Of a stretch of DNA of 32,000 nucleotides, positions 6,948 to 15,815 are shown in pieces. The stretch is taken from NCBI GenBank assembly GCA_963662465.1, contig OY759599.1, forward strand, positions 6,253,292 to 6,285,291, in the 5' to 3' direction. The first letter of the stretch is position 1; each line of letters starts with the position of its first letter. Position numbers and translations under genes: made by a program. The notes below the pieces were generated by a model. The model was given only the letters and a program-made list of their open reading frames with translations, did not search any database and was not told where the DNA came from. Source of the DNA: Desulfatiglandales bacterium. GTDB taxonomy: Bacteria; Desulfobacterota; DSM-4660; Desulfatiglandales; Desulfatiglandaceae.

Positions 6948-8850
6948 GTGCGCCTGTGAAGGCGCTTTATCAGTGCGGTGAAAGTCCGTACCGGAGTATG
7001 CCATAGCTCCGTAGCCGAAGGTAACTGCGTCGCCGCGAGGCGGGGTGGAGAGCAACCGGAGGCGAAAAGTCAGTCCGTAGGATGACGAACCCGATTCGGT
7101 GTCATGTGGTGGCGAGCCTACCGTTCCATGGTGAAGCCTGAAACTCACAGACCACGCTGTAATGGCGGTTAAAGCGATGGTTTGACGGCATGGTATGTTT
7201 GGGGTCGGAATGACTGGAAGGTAAAGCGAGATAAGCAGGGAGACCTGTCTCTTGGGGTGACAGGAGGCAGGAGTCAGAGTCCTCATAGTACCGTAGCGAC
7301 AGAACGGTCCTGCTAACAAGGCTTACGGCGTGAGACCAGTACCCGCCGCCTGCGTCGGATACCGGGTTGTGAAAAGCGCGGATAGCAAAACCGTGCCGAG
7401 GGAAGGAGGATAGGAAGATAGATACGGAAAGGTCATATAGATGCAGCTAAATCAAGCAGTCTCGGCAGTGTTGGAAACAACTAAACGCGAGGCAGAAACC
7501 CGATGGGATTGGGTGGAAGCATCGGTGTGGACGGAACGTATGTTGGCAGCCCTGGGTAACGGGGTGAAAGGTGGTAAATGGTACAGTTTGATGGATAAGG
7601 TGTTCGCCTTGTCGACGCTGGAAGCGGCTTGGGGACGTGTCAAAGCCAATAAAGGAGCGGCAGGGATAGACCGTATCAGCATAAAGCGCTTTAAGGAGCA
7701 GGCGGAGAAATACCTTGCCGAACTGCATGAAACCTTGAAAGCGGGAACGTACCGACCGGAAGCGGTAAAACGGGTATACATTCCGAAAAGCGACGGCAAA
7801 CAACGCCCGCTGGGGATACCCACGGTCAAAGACCGGGTAGTGCAGGCAGCGGTTAAAATGGTTATGGAGCCCATATTCGAGCATGAATTTCTGCCGATGA
7901 GTTACGGCTTCAGGCCGCAAAGAGGTTGCAAGGACGCGTTGCGAGAAGTAGACGCGCTTATTAAGGAAGGCTACACCTTCATACTGGACGCCGACCTGAA
8001 AAGTTACTTTGATACGATTCCGCACGATAAGCTGATGCAACAAGTCGAAATGCGCATCAGCGACGGCAAATTGCTCAATCTGATTCAAATGTTCCTGAAA
8101 CAGGACGTGATGGACGGCTTGGAAAGATGGACACCGACGGGTGGTTCGCCACAAGGGGCGGTAGTCAGCCCCTTGCTTGCGAATATTTACCTGCATCCTC
8201 TTGACAGCCTGATCGCGGAATCAGGTATGCGGATGGTGCGTTACGCAGACGACTTTGTTATCCTCAGCCGCAGTCAAACGGAAGCGGAGAATGCTTTGCA
8301 AAAGGTACGGGAGTGGGTACAGGCTAATGACCTGAGCTTACACCCGGACAAGACGCATCTTGGCGACTGTCGACAAAAGGGTCAGGGATTTGAATTCCTG
8401 GGATACCGGTTTGAGGCAGGAAAGCGCTGGATACGCAGTAAAAGCCGTAAAGCCCTTCGTGATAAAATCCGGGAAGAGACCCGGCGCAAACGTAGCGGAA
8501 GTATGGAAAGCATCATTGATGATCTGAACCCCATGCTTGAAGGCTGGTTTGGTTACTTCAAACACGCCTACCGCACTGAGTTTGCGGCGGTGGATAAGTT
8601 TGTCCGCCGACGCTTACGCGCCGTATTATTGCGTCGTAACAAACGCAAGGGCTGGGGCAAAAGCCTTGAAGCCCACCGCCGCTGGCCGAATGCCTACTTC
8701 GCGAAAATCGGGCTTTTCACTATGCATGAGGCCCGGTTAGCAGCGTGCCGATCCCGATGAGGAAACTATCGACCGGAGAGCCGTGTGCGGGAGAACCGCA
8801 TGCACGGTTCGGAGGGAGGGGAGAGCCAAGAGGCTCTTTCCTACCCCTAT
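6948..8850 (+). mobile_element. group II intron, copy 1 (1903 bp)
   Basis: 5' GTGCGCC at 6948. RT/maturase ORF sits in domain IV. Domain V-like gagccgtgtgcgggagaaccgcatgcacggttc (8778-8810), then domain VI and 3' end ..cctacccctAT (8850). Boundaries are where identity with the inverted copy 17900-19802 stops. Confidence 0.9.
7441..8760 (+). CDS. group II intron reverse transcriptase/maturase, no endonuclease domain
   Basis: 439 aa. RT blocks RPLGIPTVKDRVVQ, FILDADLKSYFDTI, SPLLANIYL, VRYADDFVILS (YADD), then maturase/X region GWFGYFKH... Ends without an HNH/En domain. Confidence 0.95.
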   Translation: MQLNQAVSAVLETTKREAETRWDWVEASVWTERMLAALGNGVKGGKWYSLMDKVFALSTLEAAWGRVKANKGAAGIDRISIKRFKEQAEKYLAELHETLKAGTYRPEAVKRVYIPKSDGKQRPLGIPTVKDRVVQAAVKMVMEPIFEHEFLPMSYGFRPQRGCKDALREVDALIKEGYTFILDADLKSYFDTIPHDKLMQQVEMRISDGKLLNLIQMFLKQDVMDGLERWTPTGGSPQGAVVSPLLANIYLHPLDSLIAESGMRMVRYADDFVILSRSQTEAENALQKVREWVQANDLSLHPDKTHLGDCRQKGQGFEFLGYRFEAGKRWIRSKSRKALRDKIREETRRKRSGSMESIIDDLNPMLEGWFGYFKHAYRTEFAAVDKFVRRRLRAVLLRRNKRKGWGKSLEAHRRWPNAYFAKIGLFTMHEARLAACRSR

Positions 8851-8904
8851 AGGGAGTGTAGTGCGTAAAAACGAGTATACTCTCCAACGGTTGTGATTTA
8901 CACC

Positions 8905-9682
8905 CGTACAGCTGTACCGCAAAGACGGCAGCGATGAATGGGTGTTGGCGCACGTGGAAGTGCAGGGGCAGAAAAAGAAACCGTTCCCTGAGAGGATGTA
9001 CACTTATAATTACCGAACATTTGACCTTTTTCATCGGAAAGTAGCCAGTATCGCGATTCTGGCGGATGAAAATCCTTTGTGGCGTCCGGATCATTTCAGT
9101 TATGACTTGTGGGGAAGTCGTGCCGGGCTGTGGTTTCCATGTGTGAAGCTTCTTGATTACCGTGAGAAATGGTTGGAACTGGAGGAGTCGACCAATCCCT
9201 TTGCCTCGGTTGTGATGGCGTATTTAAAGGCGGTTGAAACCAAGGGAGACAACGATCAGAGATACCGGTGGAAGCTGATTCTCATTAAAAGACTCTATCG
9301 CCAGGGATACGCTAAAGTAGATGTGATCAGGCTGTTTGCATTTATAGATTGGGTCATGTCCCTGCCTGCGGATATGGAAAAAGGCCTTTGGACGGAAGTC
9401 CAAAAGTTTGAGGAGGAAACGAAAATGGAATATGTTACCAGCGTGGAAAGAATCGGTATGGAGAAAGGTATGGAGAAAGGCATGGAGAAAGGCAGCCTGA
9501 ATCTTCTGTGCCGTCTCATTGCGAAGCGATTTAAAACCGGTTACGAATCGCTTCCGCTGATCTTCACCTTGGGTTTGCGTGCGGAAGATATCGAAGATCT
9601 TGGCGAGCGTTTCCTGGATGCCGAGAGTGTGGATGAGATTCGTCGATGGGCGGAAGAAAAACGCAGGGCGAGGATGCAGTAG
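8905..9682 (+). pseudogene. Rpn-like family A, 5'-truncated copy A1; nested ORF 9425-9682 intact
   Basis: Homology to the intact copies starts at VQLYRKDGSDEWVLAHVEVQGQ and runs to the stop; about 70 N-terminal codons are missing. 3 MEKG repeats (9458-9493). One extra codon (FTLGL vs FTGL). Confidence 0.75.
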
Positions 9683-9912
9683 TGCAGGGACTTAGCCCAT
9701 GGACATCTGGGTGGCACTCTGTAAAAAACATCAACGGACGCGGAGCGTCCACCCGGTTGGGGAGGGTGGCTTCAATTCCGGTTGTAATCCTTATCCTGTT
9801 CATCCTGTATATCCATGTTCATTTTTCCATTGGTTCAAGAAATGGATAATGATTATGTCGCTGTTCACAGGAGAAGTTCTTCTCGGCACGCAAGCGCCGG
9901 TGTTTCATTTTA

Positions 9913-9941
9913 TTGACAATTCTCTTTAAATGAGCCACAAT
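9913..9941 (+). promoter_or_regulatory. sigma-70-type promoter of Rpn-B1, probably leaderless mRNA
   Basis: TTGACA (9913-9918) - 17 nt - CACAAT (9936-9941). ATG at 9949 is 7 nt after the -10 box, with no SD. Confidence 0.5.
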
Positions 9942-9948
9942 CGACACC

Positions 9949-10923
9949 ATGGTCGAACATGACAACAGTTACAAGCTTCTTTTTTCCCATGCGGAGATGG
10001 TCCGGGATTTGCTTCTGGGTTTTGTGAAAGAGGAGTGGGTCCGGAAACTCGATCTGGCGTCATTGGAACGGGTGAGCGGGTCCTATGTAAGCGATGATAT
10101 CCGGGATCGGCACGACGATATTGTCTGGCGGGTGAAGTGGGGCCGAGAGTGGCTCTATGTGTACATCTTGATCGAGTTTCAGTCAACCATCGATAAATAC
10201 ATGCCACTGCGTGTCCTGGTGTATGTCGGGCTTTTATATCAGGACCTGATTCGGGAAAAGAAACTGGGACCTTCGGGCAAATTGCCGGCTGTTCTGCCGG
10301 TGGTACTGTATAATGGGAGCCGGCGCTGGGACAAGTCCACCGAATTGTGGGACCTGATCGAGGATGTGCCTGGGGGGCTATCCCAATATCGTCCCCGGTT
10401 CACATTCTTGCTGCTGGACGAAGGCGCTTACCGGGATGAAGATCTGAAACCGCTTAAGAATCTTGTTTCGGCCCTGTTCCGTTTGGAAAACAGCCGGAAC
10501 CCGGAACGGATCAGGGAGGTGGTAACAGTGCTGTTGGATTGGCTGGCTGCGCCCGAACAGGCGAGTTTGAGACGCGCCTTTACGGTATGGTTTAATCGGG
10601 TATTTTTTCCGTCCCGAGGAAAGGAAATGATACCCCCTGAATTTGAAGAACTGACGGAGGTACGTGCCATGCTGGCTGAAACCGTTGCGGAATGGAAAGA
10701 AGAATGGAAGAGGGATGGGCTGAAAGAAGGCCTGAAGAAAGGCCTGAAGAAAGGCCGGAAGGAGGGTGAAGCGAACATTCTTTTAAAGCTTATTGAGATG
10801 AAATTTGGACGAATAAGCCTAATAGATCGAAAAAGGGTTCAATCGGCTGACAGTGAAACTCTGTTGAGATGGGGGAAACAAATTCTCACAGCCAACAAAA
10901 TGGATGAGATATTCAGACTGTAA
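9949..10923 (+). CDS. Rpn/YhgA-like PD-(D/E)XK recombination-promoting nuclease family protein, family B copy B1 (324 aa)
   Basis: DNSYKLLFSHAEMVRDLLLGFV...SGSYVSDDIRDRHDDIVWRVKW..WLYVYILIEFQSTIDKYMPLRVLVY...LPAVLPVVLYNG is the YhgA/Rpn N-terminal core with a D...E-x-Q motif. Internal GGAGG 10656-10660 + in-frame ATG 10669. LKEG/LKKG repeats about 10717-10767. Confidence 0.85.
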   Translation: MVEHDNSYKLLFSHAEMVRDLLLGFVKEEWVRKLDLASLERVSGSYVSDDIRDRHDDIVWRVKWGREWLYVYILIEFQSTIDKYMPLRVLVYVGLLYQDLIREKKLGPSGKLPAVLPVVLYNGSRRWDKSTELWDLIEDVPGGLSQYRPRFTFLLLDEGAYRDEDLKPLKNLVSALFRLENSRNPERIREVVTVLLDWLAAPEQASLRRAFTVWFNRVFFPSRGKEMIPPEFEELTEVRAMLAETVAEWKEEWKRDGLKEGLKKGLKKGRKEGEANILLKLIEMKFGRISLIDRKRVQSADSETLLRWGKQILTANKMDEIFRL

Positions 10924-11364
10924 GTCTAAGGAAAATTGGGACAGGCAAATAATGCCTCTATCAGCCCGCCATGTCATGGAACGGAAGTGGGACGTCCATA
11001 AAAAGCTAAAAAAGTCGCCAGGCGTACAATGATTTCCCGCTTGCCGAGGCCGCGTATCGGTTGTTATTCGAAAATTATTGCAAAAGGGAATAGGCTCAGA
11101 CCTCAATCTTCTGACAGAATCAATCCCCCTTCCAGCGGGATTAACGGGATAAAAGAAAAAAGGTTATCAGTATACTGAAAATCACGTAAATCCTGTCACA
11201 ATAACCCGGTAATATTCAAAAGGGACAGGCCGATAATTTTATATTGGCGACGTGGGCCGAATTCTCCTTGATCTCCATTGCTTCCATCAATTTCCAAACA
11301 TCAAAAGAACCTTGCCCGACCTTGGGATTTCTGATATTCTGGTAGTATATTCAAACTCGAATGG

Positions 11365-12363
11365 GTGGAACAAAAAATGACCTTTGACTCTGAAACGGCT
11401 GATTACGACAGTCCGTGGAAAAACGCTCTGGAATGCTATTTTCGTGAATGCATTGAGTTTTTTCTTCCTGATATGGCGCAGGATGTGGATTGGGAAAGGG
11501 GATGCCTTTTTTTGGACAAGGAATTTCAGCAGGTGTCCAAAAATGCGGCTGTCGGTCGCAGATATGCCGACAAACTCGTACAATTGTACCGCAAAGACGG
11601 CAGCGATGAATGGGTGTTGGCGCACGTGGAAGTGCAGGGGCAGAAAAGGAAACCGTTCCCTGAGAGGATGTACACTTATAATTACCGAACCTTTGACCTT
11701 TTTCATCGGGAAGTAGCCAGTATCGCGATTTTGGCGGATGAAAATCCTTTGTGGCGTCCGGATCATTTCAGTTATGACTTGTGGGGAAGTCGTGCCGGGC
11801 TGTGGTTTCCATGTGTAAAGCTTCTTGATTACCGTGAGAAATGGTCGGAACTGGAGGCATCGACCAATCCCTTTGCCTCGGTTGTGATGGCGCATTTAAA
11901 GGCGGTTGAAACCAAGGGAGACAACGAACAGCGATACCGGTGGAAGCTGATCCTCATTAAAAGGCTCTACCGCCAGGGATACGCTAAAGCAGATGTGATC
12001 AGGCTCTTTGCATTTATAGATTGGGTCATGTCCCTGCCCGCGGATATGGAAAAAGGCCTTTGGACGGAAATCCAAAAGTTCGAGGAGGAAACGAAAATGG
12101 AATATGTTACCAGCGTGGAAAGAATCGGTATGGAGAAAGGCATGGAGAAAGGCATGGAGAAAGGCATGGAGAAAGGCAGTCTGAATCTTCTGTGCCGTCA
12201 AATTGCGAAGCGGTTTAAAACCGGATACGAATCGCTTCCGCCGATCTTCACGGGTTTGCGTGCGGAAGATATCGAAGATCTTGGCGAGCGTTTCCTGGAT
12301 GCCGAGAGCGTGGATGAGATTCGTCGATGGGCGGAAGAAAAACGCAGGGCGAGGATGCAGTAG
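11365..12363 (+). CDS. Rpn-like PD-(D/E)XK family A protein with DUF4351-type C-terminus, intact copy A2 (332 aa)
   Basis: ..DYDSPWKNALECYFRECIEFFLP...YADKLVQLYRKDGSDEWVLAHVEVQGQK (D...E-x-Q) ...NPFASVVMAHLKAVETKG...FAFIDWVMSLP..., 4 MEKG repeats (12130-12177), tail LNLLCRQIAKRF...EDIEDLGERFLDAESVDEIRRWAEEKR. Likelier start is ATG 11377. Internal GAGGAGGA 12082-12089 + ATG 12097. Confidence 0.8.
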   Translation: MEQKMTFDSETADYDSPWKNALECYFRECIEFFLPDMAQDVDWERGCLFLDKEFQQVSKNAAVGRRYADKLVQLYRKDGSDEWVLAHVEVQGQKRKPFPERMYTYNYRTFDLFHREVASIAILADENPLWRPDHFSYDLWGSRAGLWFPCVKLLDYREKWSELEASTNPFASVVMAHLKAVETKGDNEQRYRWKLILIKRLYRQGYAKADVIRLFAFIDWVMSLPADMEKGLWTEIQKFEEETKMEYVTSVERIGMEKGMEKGMEKGMEKGSLNLLCRQIAKRFKTGYESLPPIFTGLRAEDIEDLGERFLDAESVDEIRRWAEEKRRARMQ

Positions 12364-12462
12364 AGCTGAGGGACTCAGCCCATGGACATCTTTCCCAAAA
12401 ACCTCGATTTAAGTTCACAGATTTCTTGTTTTTCATGACAGAAAACCTGGAAATAAGGTACT

Positions 12463-12662
12463 AAACAGCTTGAAGAGGAATTCCAGGTTTCGGTGGATGC
12501 TTACCTTGATTTTTGTAAAGATCTTGGGGAGACTCCAGAAAAACTATATTCAGGGAAGATTGTGTTGCGCTTGCTGCTCAAATAGCCAACCAGAGCCTCA
12601 ACGTATGGGCAGCAGAGCATTTGATCAAAAATGCCGAACAAGAACTTCAAAAGCCTTTTTGA
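12463..12662 (+). pseudogene. hicB: hicB antitoxin C-terminal remnant, frameshifted
   Basis: ..QLEEEFQVSVDAYLDFCKDLGETPEK.. then, in shifted frames, ..ALAAQIANQSLNVWAAEHLIKNAEQELQKPF*. It continues the hicB N-terminal fragment found at 24721-24909 (..QLEKEFQVSVD). Confidence 0.5.
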
Positions 12663-12849
12663 AGAAATTGGTTTCCCTGCCTGAGTCTCCGATTTTTCTT
12701 GCACATTAATAGTATGCCCCTACGCTAAACGCAACATGCACAAAATAGACCCTCTTCCGAGCATCTTCAGGATAAAAAAAGCCTGTATAGTGAAGTACCT
12801 TTTATCGGAACTTATAGCCACATAAGTTCTGACAATCAGAACCTTATCC

Positions 12850-12878
12850 TTGACACATCGAGCCTCAGAGTGTATTGA
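12850..12878 (+). promoter_or_regulatory. sigma-70-type promoter of higBA-1, short or no leader
   Basis: TTGACA (12850-12855) - 17 nt - TATTGA (12873-12878). higB ATG at 12885 and no SD. Same element at 20286-20314. Confidence 0.45.
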
Positions 12879-12884
12879 AATTAT

Positions 12885-13190
12885 ATGCACATAATCGCCC
12901 GTAACTCACTAATTGAATTTGGGGTAAAATATCCGGACGGCAGAACGGCTGTTGACAGGTGGTGGACCATATGCAGAAAAAATACTTTTTGTTCTTTCTC
13001 CGACCTGAAAAAGACATTCGGCACAGCCGATATGGTAAACAGATGTGTTATTTTCAACATCGGTGGCGGAAAATATAGATTGGTGGTAAGCGTCAACTTT
13101 GTGGGCCGGAGAATGTGGGTAAAGTATGTGTTACCCCATAATGAATATGAAAAACTTGATCTGAAGGAGGACTCAAAATGCCGGCCGTAG
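12885..13190 (+). CDS. higB: type II toxin HigB (RelE-fold mRNA interferase), copy 1
   Basis: 101 aa: MHIIARNSLIEFGVKYPD...FSDLKKTFGTADMVNRCVIFNIGGGKYRLVVSVNF..MWVKYVLPHNEYEKL is the HigB_toxin family pattern (MHII.R..L.EF....P.a...W.......w....d.k..f..a......vFNI.GNKYRLi..i.y......i.fiGTH.EYDK). Confidence 0.85.
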   Translation: MHIIARNSLIEFGVKYPDGRTAVDRWWTICRKNTFCSFSDLKKTFGTADMVNRCVIFNIGGGKYRLVVSVNFVGRRMWVKYVLPHNEYEKLDLKEDSKCRP

Positions 13191-13558
13191 ATCGGATAGA
13201 CTCCAGAGATTTATATCCACTGATGGTTATAAGAACCCAGGATGATTACAAAAAGGCACTTGGTTCCATGGAGACTGTTTTTGATGAGGAGACAGGCCCC
13301 CTGGCGGATTATGCAGAAACACTTGCCATCCTGATTGTGCACTATGAGGAACAGAATTTTCTATTGGAGAAAAAACAGGGGGTGGAAGTCCTGAAGTTTC
13401 TTATGGAACAGAATGGTCTCAAACAAAGGGATCTGGTGGGGACTCTTGGAGGGAAGTCGACTGTTTCGGAGATACTTAATGGGAAAAGGCCATTGAATCT
13501 CCAACACATCAGGATCTTGGCAGATAGATTCCATGTTGTGCCTGGAACCTTTGTTTAA
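13178..13558 (+). CDS. higA: HigA antitoxin (XRE-type HTH), copy 1
   Basis: 126 aa, AAGGAGG before the ATG, 13-nt overlap with higB. C-terminal HTH LKFLMEQNGLKQRDLVGTLGGKSTVSEILNGKRPLNLQHIRILADRFHVVPGTFV, as in E. coli-type HigA. Confidence 0.85.
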   Translation: MPAVDRIDSRDLYPLMVIRTQDDYKKALGSMETVFDEETGPLADYAETLAILIVHYEEQNFLLEKKQGVEVLKFLMEQNGLKQRDLVGTLGGKSTVSEILNGKRPLNLQHIRILADRFHVVPGTFV

Positions 13559-13649
13559 CACGGACACACAGGCTGACACCGACTTTTTCACCTATCGCAG
13601 CTTCTTCCATGACGAAGAAACCGGCATCCTTCAAAACAGCTCAAAAGTA

Positions 13650-13737
13650 GTTTACACTTTTGAAAAGTGAAAGGTGAAAAGTTGACGACTCTTCACTCTT
13701 CGGCATCCGGTGCATGACTTTTCAAAAAAGTGTAAAC
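13650..13737. repeat. 19/21-nt inverted repeat flanking 48 nt
   Basis: gtttacacttttgaaaagt (13650-13668) vs acttttcaaaaaagtgtaaac (13717-13737). Unique to this copy of the post-higA region. Confidence 0.5.
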
Positions 13738-13754
13738 TGCGAGATGAAGGATGC

Positions 13755-14225
13755 CCATCGACCAATCCCTTTGCCTCGGTTGTGATGGCGCATTTAAAGG
13801 CGGTTGAAACCAAGGGAGGCAACGATCAGAGATACCGGTGGAAGCTGATCCTCATCAAAAGGCTCTACCGCCAGGGATACGCTAAAGCAGATGTGATCAG
13901 GCTGTTTGCATTTATAGATTGGGTCATGTCCCTTCCCGCGGATATGGAAAAAGGCCTTTGGACGGAAATCCAAAAGTTCGAGGAGGAAACGAACATGGAA
14001 TATGTTACCAGCGTAGAAAGAATCGGTATGGAGAAAGGCAGCCTGAATCTTCTGTGCCGTCTCATTGCGAAGCGGTTTAAAACCGCTTACGAATCGCTTC
14101 CGCCGATCTTCACGGGTTTGCGTGCGGAAGATATCGAAGATCCTGGCGAGCGTTTCCTGGATGCCGAGAGCGTGGATGAGATTCGTCGATGGGCGGAAGA
14201 GAAACGCAGGGCGAGGATGCAGTAG
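13755..14225 (+). pseudogene. Rpn-like family A, 5'-truncated copy A5; nested ORF 13995-14225 intact
   Basis: Part of ORF 13710-14225. Homology begins at STNPFASVVMAHLKAVETKG. 1 MEKG repeat (14028-14039). GAGGAGGA 13980-13987 + ATG 13995. Confidence 0.75.
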
Positions 14226-14455
14226 AGCAGAGACTCAGCCCATGGACATCTGGGTGGTGCTTTGTAAAAAACATCAACGGACGCGGAGCGGCCACTCGGT
14301 TGGGGAGGGTGGCTTCAATTCCGGTTGCAATCCTTATCCCGTTCATCCTGTATATCCATGTTCATTTTTCAATTGGTTCAAGAAATGGATAATGATCATG
14401 TCGCTGTTCACAGGGGAAGTTCTTCCCGGCACGCAAGCGCCGGTGTTTCATTTTA

Positions 14456-14484
14456 TTGACAATTCTCTTTAAATGAGCCACAAT
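14456..14484 (+). promoter_or_regulatory. sigma-70-type promoter of Rpn-B2, probably leaderless
   Basis: TTGACA (14456-14461) - 17 nt - CACAAT (14479-14484); ATG at 14492. Identical to 9913-9941. Confidence 0.5.
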
Positions 14485-14491
14485 CGACACC

Positions 14492-15550
14492 ATGGTCGAA
14501 CATGACAACAGTTACAAGCTTCTTTTTTCCCATGCGGAGATGGTCCGGGATTTGCTTCTGGGTTTTGTGAAAGAGGAGTGGGTCCGGAAGCTCGATCTGG
14601 CGTCATTGGAACGGGTGAGCGGGTCCTATGTAAGCGATGATATCCGGGATCGGCATGACGATATTGTATGGCGGGTGAAGTGGGGTCGAGAGTGGCTCTA
14701 TGTGTACATCCTGATCGAGTTTCAGTCAACCGTCGATATATACATGCCACTGCGCGTCCTGGTGTATATCGGGCTTTTATATCAGGACCTGATCCGGGAA
14801 AAGAAACTGGGACCTTCGGGCAAATTGCCGGCTGTTCTGCCGGTGGTACTGTATAATGGGAGCCGGCGCTGGGACAAGTCCACCGAGTTGTGGGACCTGA
14901 TCGAGGATGTGCCTGGGGGGCTATCCCAATATCGTCCCCGGTTTACATTCTTGCTGCTGGACGAAGGCGCTTACCGGGATGAAGATCTGAAACCGCTTAA
15001 GAATCTTGTTTCGGCCCTGTTCCGTTTGGAAAACAGCCGGGACCCGGAACGGATCAGGGAGGTGGTAACAGCGCTGTTGGATTGGCTGGCTGCGCCGGAA
15101 CAGGCGAGTTTGAGACGCGCCTTTACGGTATGGTTTAATCGGGTATTTTTTCCGTCCCGAGGAAAGGAAATGATACCCCCTGAATTTGAAGAACTGACGG
15201 AGGTACGTGCCATGCTGGCTGAAACCGTTGCAGAATGGAAAGAAGAATGGAAGAGGGATGGCCGAAAGGAAGGCCTGAAAGAAGGCCGGAACGAAGGCCT
15301 GAAAGAAGGCCGGAACGAAGGCCTGAAAGAAGGCCGGAACGAAGGCCTGAAAGAAGGCCGGAACGAAGGTCGGAAGGAGGGTCGGAAGGAGGGGGAAGCA
15401 AACATTCTTTTAAAGCTTATTGAACTGAAGTTTGGACCCATAAACCTGAAAGACCGAAAACTGGTTCAATCCGCTGACAGCGAAACCCTGTTGAGATGGG
15501 GAAAACAAATTCTCACAGCCAACAAAATGGATGAGATATTCAGACTGTAA
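14492..15550 (+). CDS. Rpn/YhgA-like nuclease family protein, family B copy B2 (352 aa)
   Basis: Near-identical to B1 except for four perfect 24-nt units gaaggcctgaaagaaggccggaac (15269-15364; EGLKEGRN x4), giving 28 extra aa. Internal GGAGG 15199-15203 + in-frame ATG 15212. Confidence 0.85.
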   Translation: MVEHDNSYKLLFSHAEMVRDLLLGFVKEEWVRKLDLASLERVSGSYVSDDIRDRHDDIVWRVKWGREWLYVYILIEFQSTVDIYMPLRVLVYIGLLYQDLIREKKLGPSGKLPAVLPVVLYNGSRRWDKSTELWDLIEDVPGGLSQYRPRFTFLLLDEGAYRDEDLKPLKNLVSALFRLENSRDPERIREVVTALLDWLAAPEQASLRRAFTVWFNRVFFPSRGKEMIPPEFEELTEVRAMLAETVAEWKEEWKRDGRKEGLKEGRNEGLKEGRNEGLKEGRNEGLKEGRNEGRKEGRKEGEANILLKLIELKFGPINLKDRKLVQSADSETLLRWGKQILTANKMDEIFRL

Positions 15551-15815
15551 GTCTAAGGAAAATTGGGACAGGCAAATAATGCATCTATCAGCCCGCCATG
15601 TCATGGAACGGAAGTGGGATGTCCATAAAAAGCTAAGAAAGTCGCCAGGCGTACATTGATTCCCCGCTTGCCGAGGCCGCGTATCGGTTGTTATTCGAAA
15701 ATTATTGCAGAAGGGAATAGGTTCAGACCTCAATCTTCTGACAGGATCAACTGGATTAACTGGATAAAAGAAAAAAGGTTATAAGTATCCTGAAAATCAA
15801 GTAAATCCTGTCACA

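Noticed and set aside
7447-8196. Long antisense ORFs inside both RT genes (7447-8196, 7452-7874, 8338-8565 and mirror copies 18185-18412, 18554-19303, 18876-19298), plus ORFs 6858-7319 / 19431-19883 in the intron 5' RNA domains
   Set aside because: They are shadow frames of a well-supported RT gene or lie in structured intron RNA. They have no SD and no recognisable motifs, and they are duplicated only because the intron is.
7441-8760. Possibility that the reverse transcriptases belong to a DGR, retron or other defence RT
   Set aside because: There is a YADD RT followed by a maturase X domain, with flanking GTGCG...AT boundaries, domain V/VI-like sequence and an empty paralogous site. All of these indicate a group II intron. 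No template/variable repeat pair or msr/msd-like structure was seen.
8851-8904. 54 nt between the intron 3' end and the Rpn-A1 remnant, containing a second GTGCG (agggagtgtaGTGCGtaaaaacgagtatactc..)
   Set aside because: I considered a 5' stub of another group II intron, but only the pentamer matches. It has no similarity to the resident intron 5' end and no further structure, so it is left unassigned.
9699-9929. ORFs in the conserved A-to-B spacer (e.g. MDIWVALCKKHQRTRSVHP.., 9646-9849, 14189-14392, 16902-17129, 3938-4306)
   Set aside because: A 25-bp indel and other non-triplet differences between spacer copies break these frames, so the region behaves as non-coding.
10819-11106. Conserved minus-strand ORF MRSEPIPFCNNFRITTDTRPRQAGN.. 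recurring at 6728-6931, 10819-11106, 15410-15733 and 23697-23990
   Set aside because: The conservation is explained by the DNA repeat (post-B tail) itself. The ORFs differ in length and C-terminus between copies, overlap the 3' end of the B genes and have no SD. They could still hide a small RNA or regulatory element, but I see no fold or motif to support that.
12130-15364. Possibility that the short tandem repeats are CRISPR arrays
   Set aside because: Units of 12 and 24 nt are directly abutting with no spacers, lie inside ORFs, preserve the frame and encode tetrapeptide repeats.
14971-15441. PSFR/RPER-repeat ORFs (14971-15441 -, 15135-15401 -, 15235-15423 +; also 10428-10778 -) and the HGER/MPFS-repeat ORFs over the family A repeats
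   Set aside because: They are alternative-frame or antisense readings of the 12/24-nt coding repeats inside the Rpn-A and Rpn-B genes.
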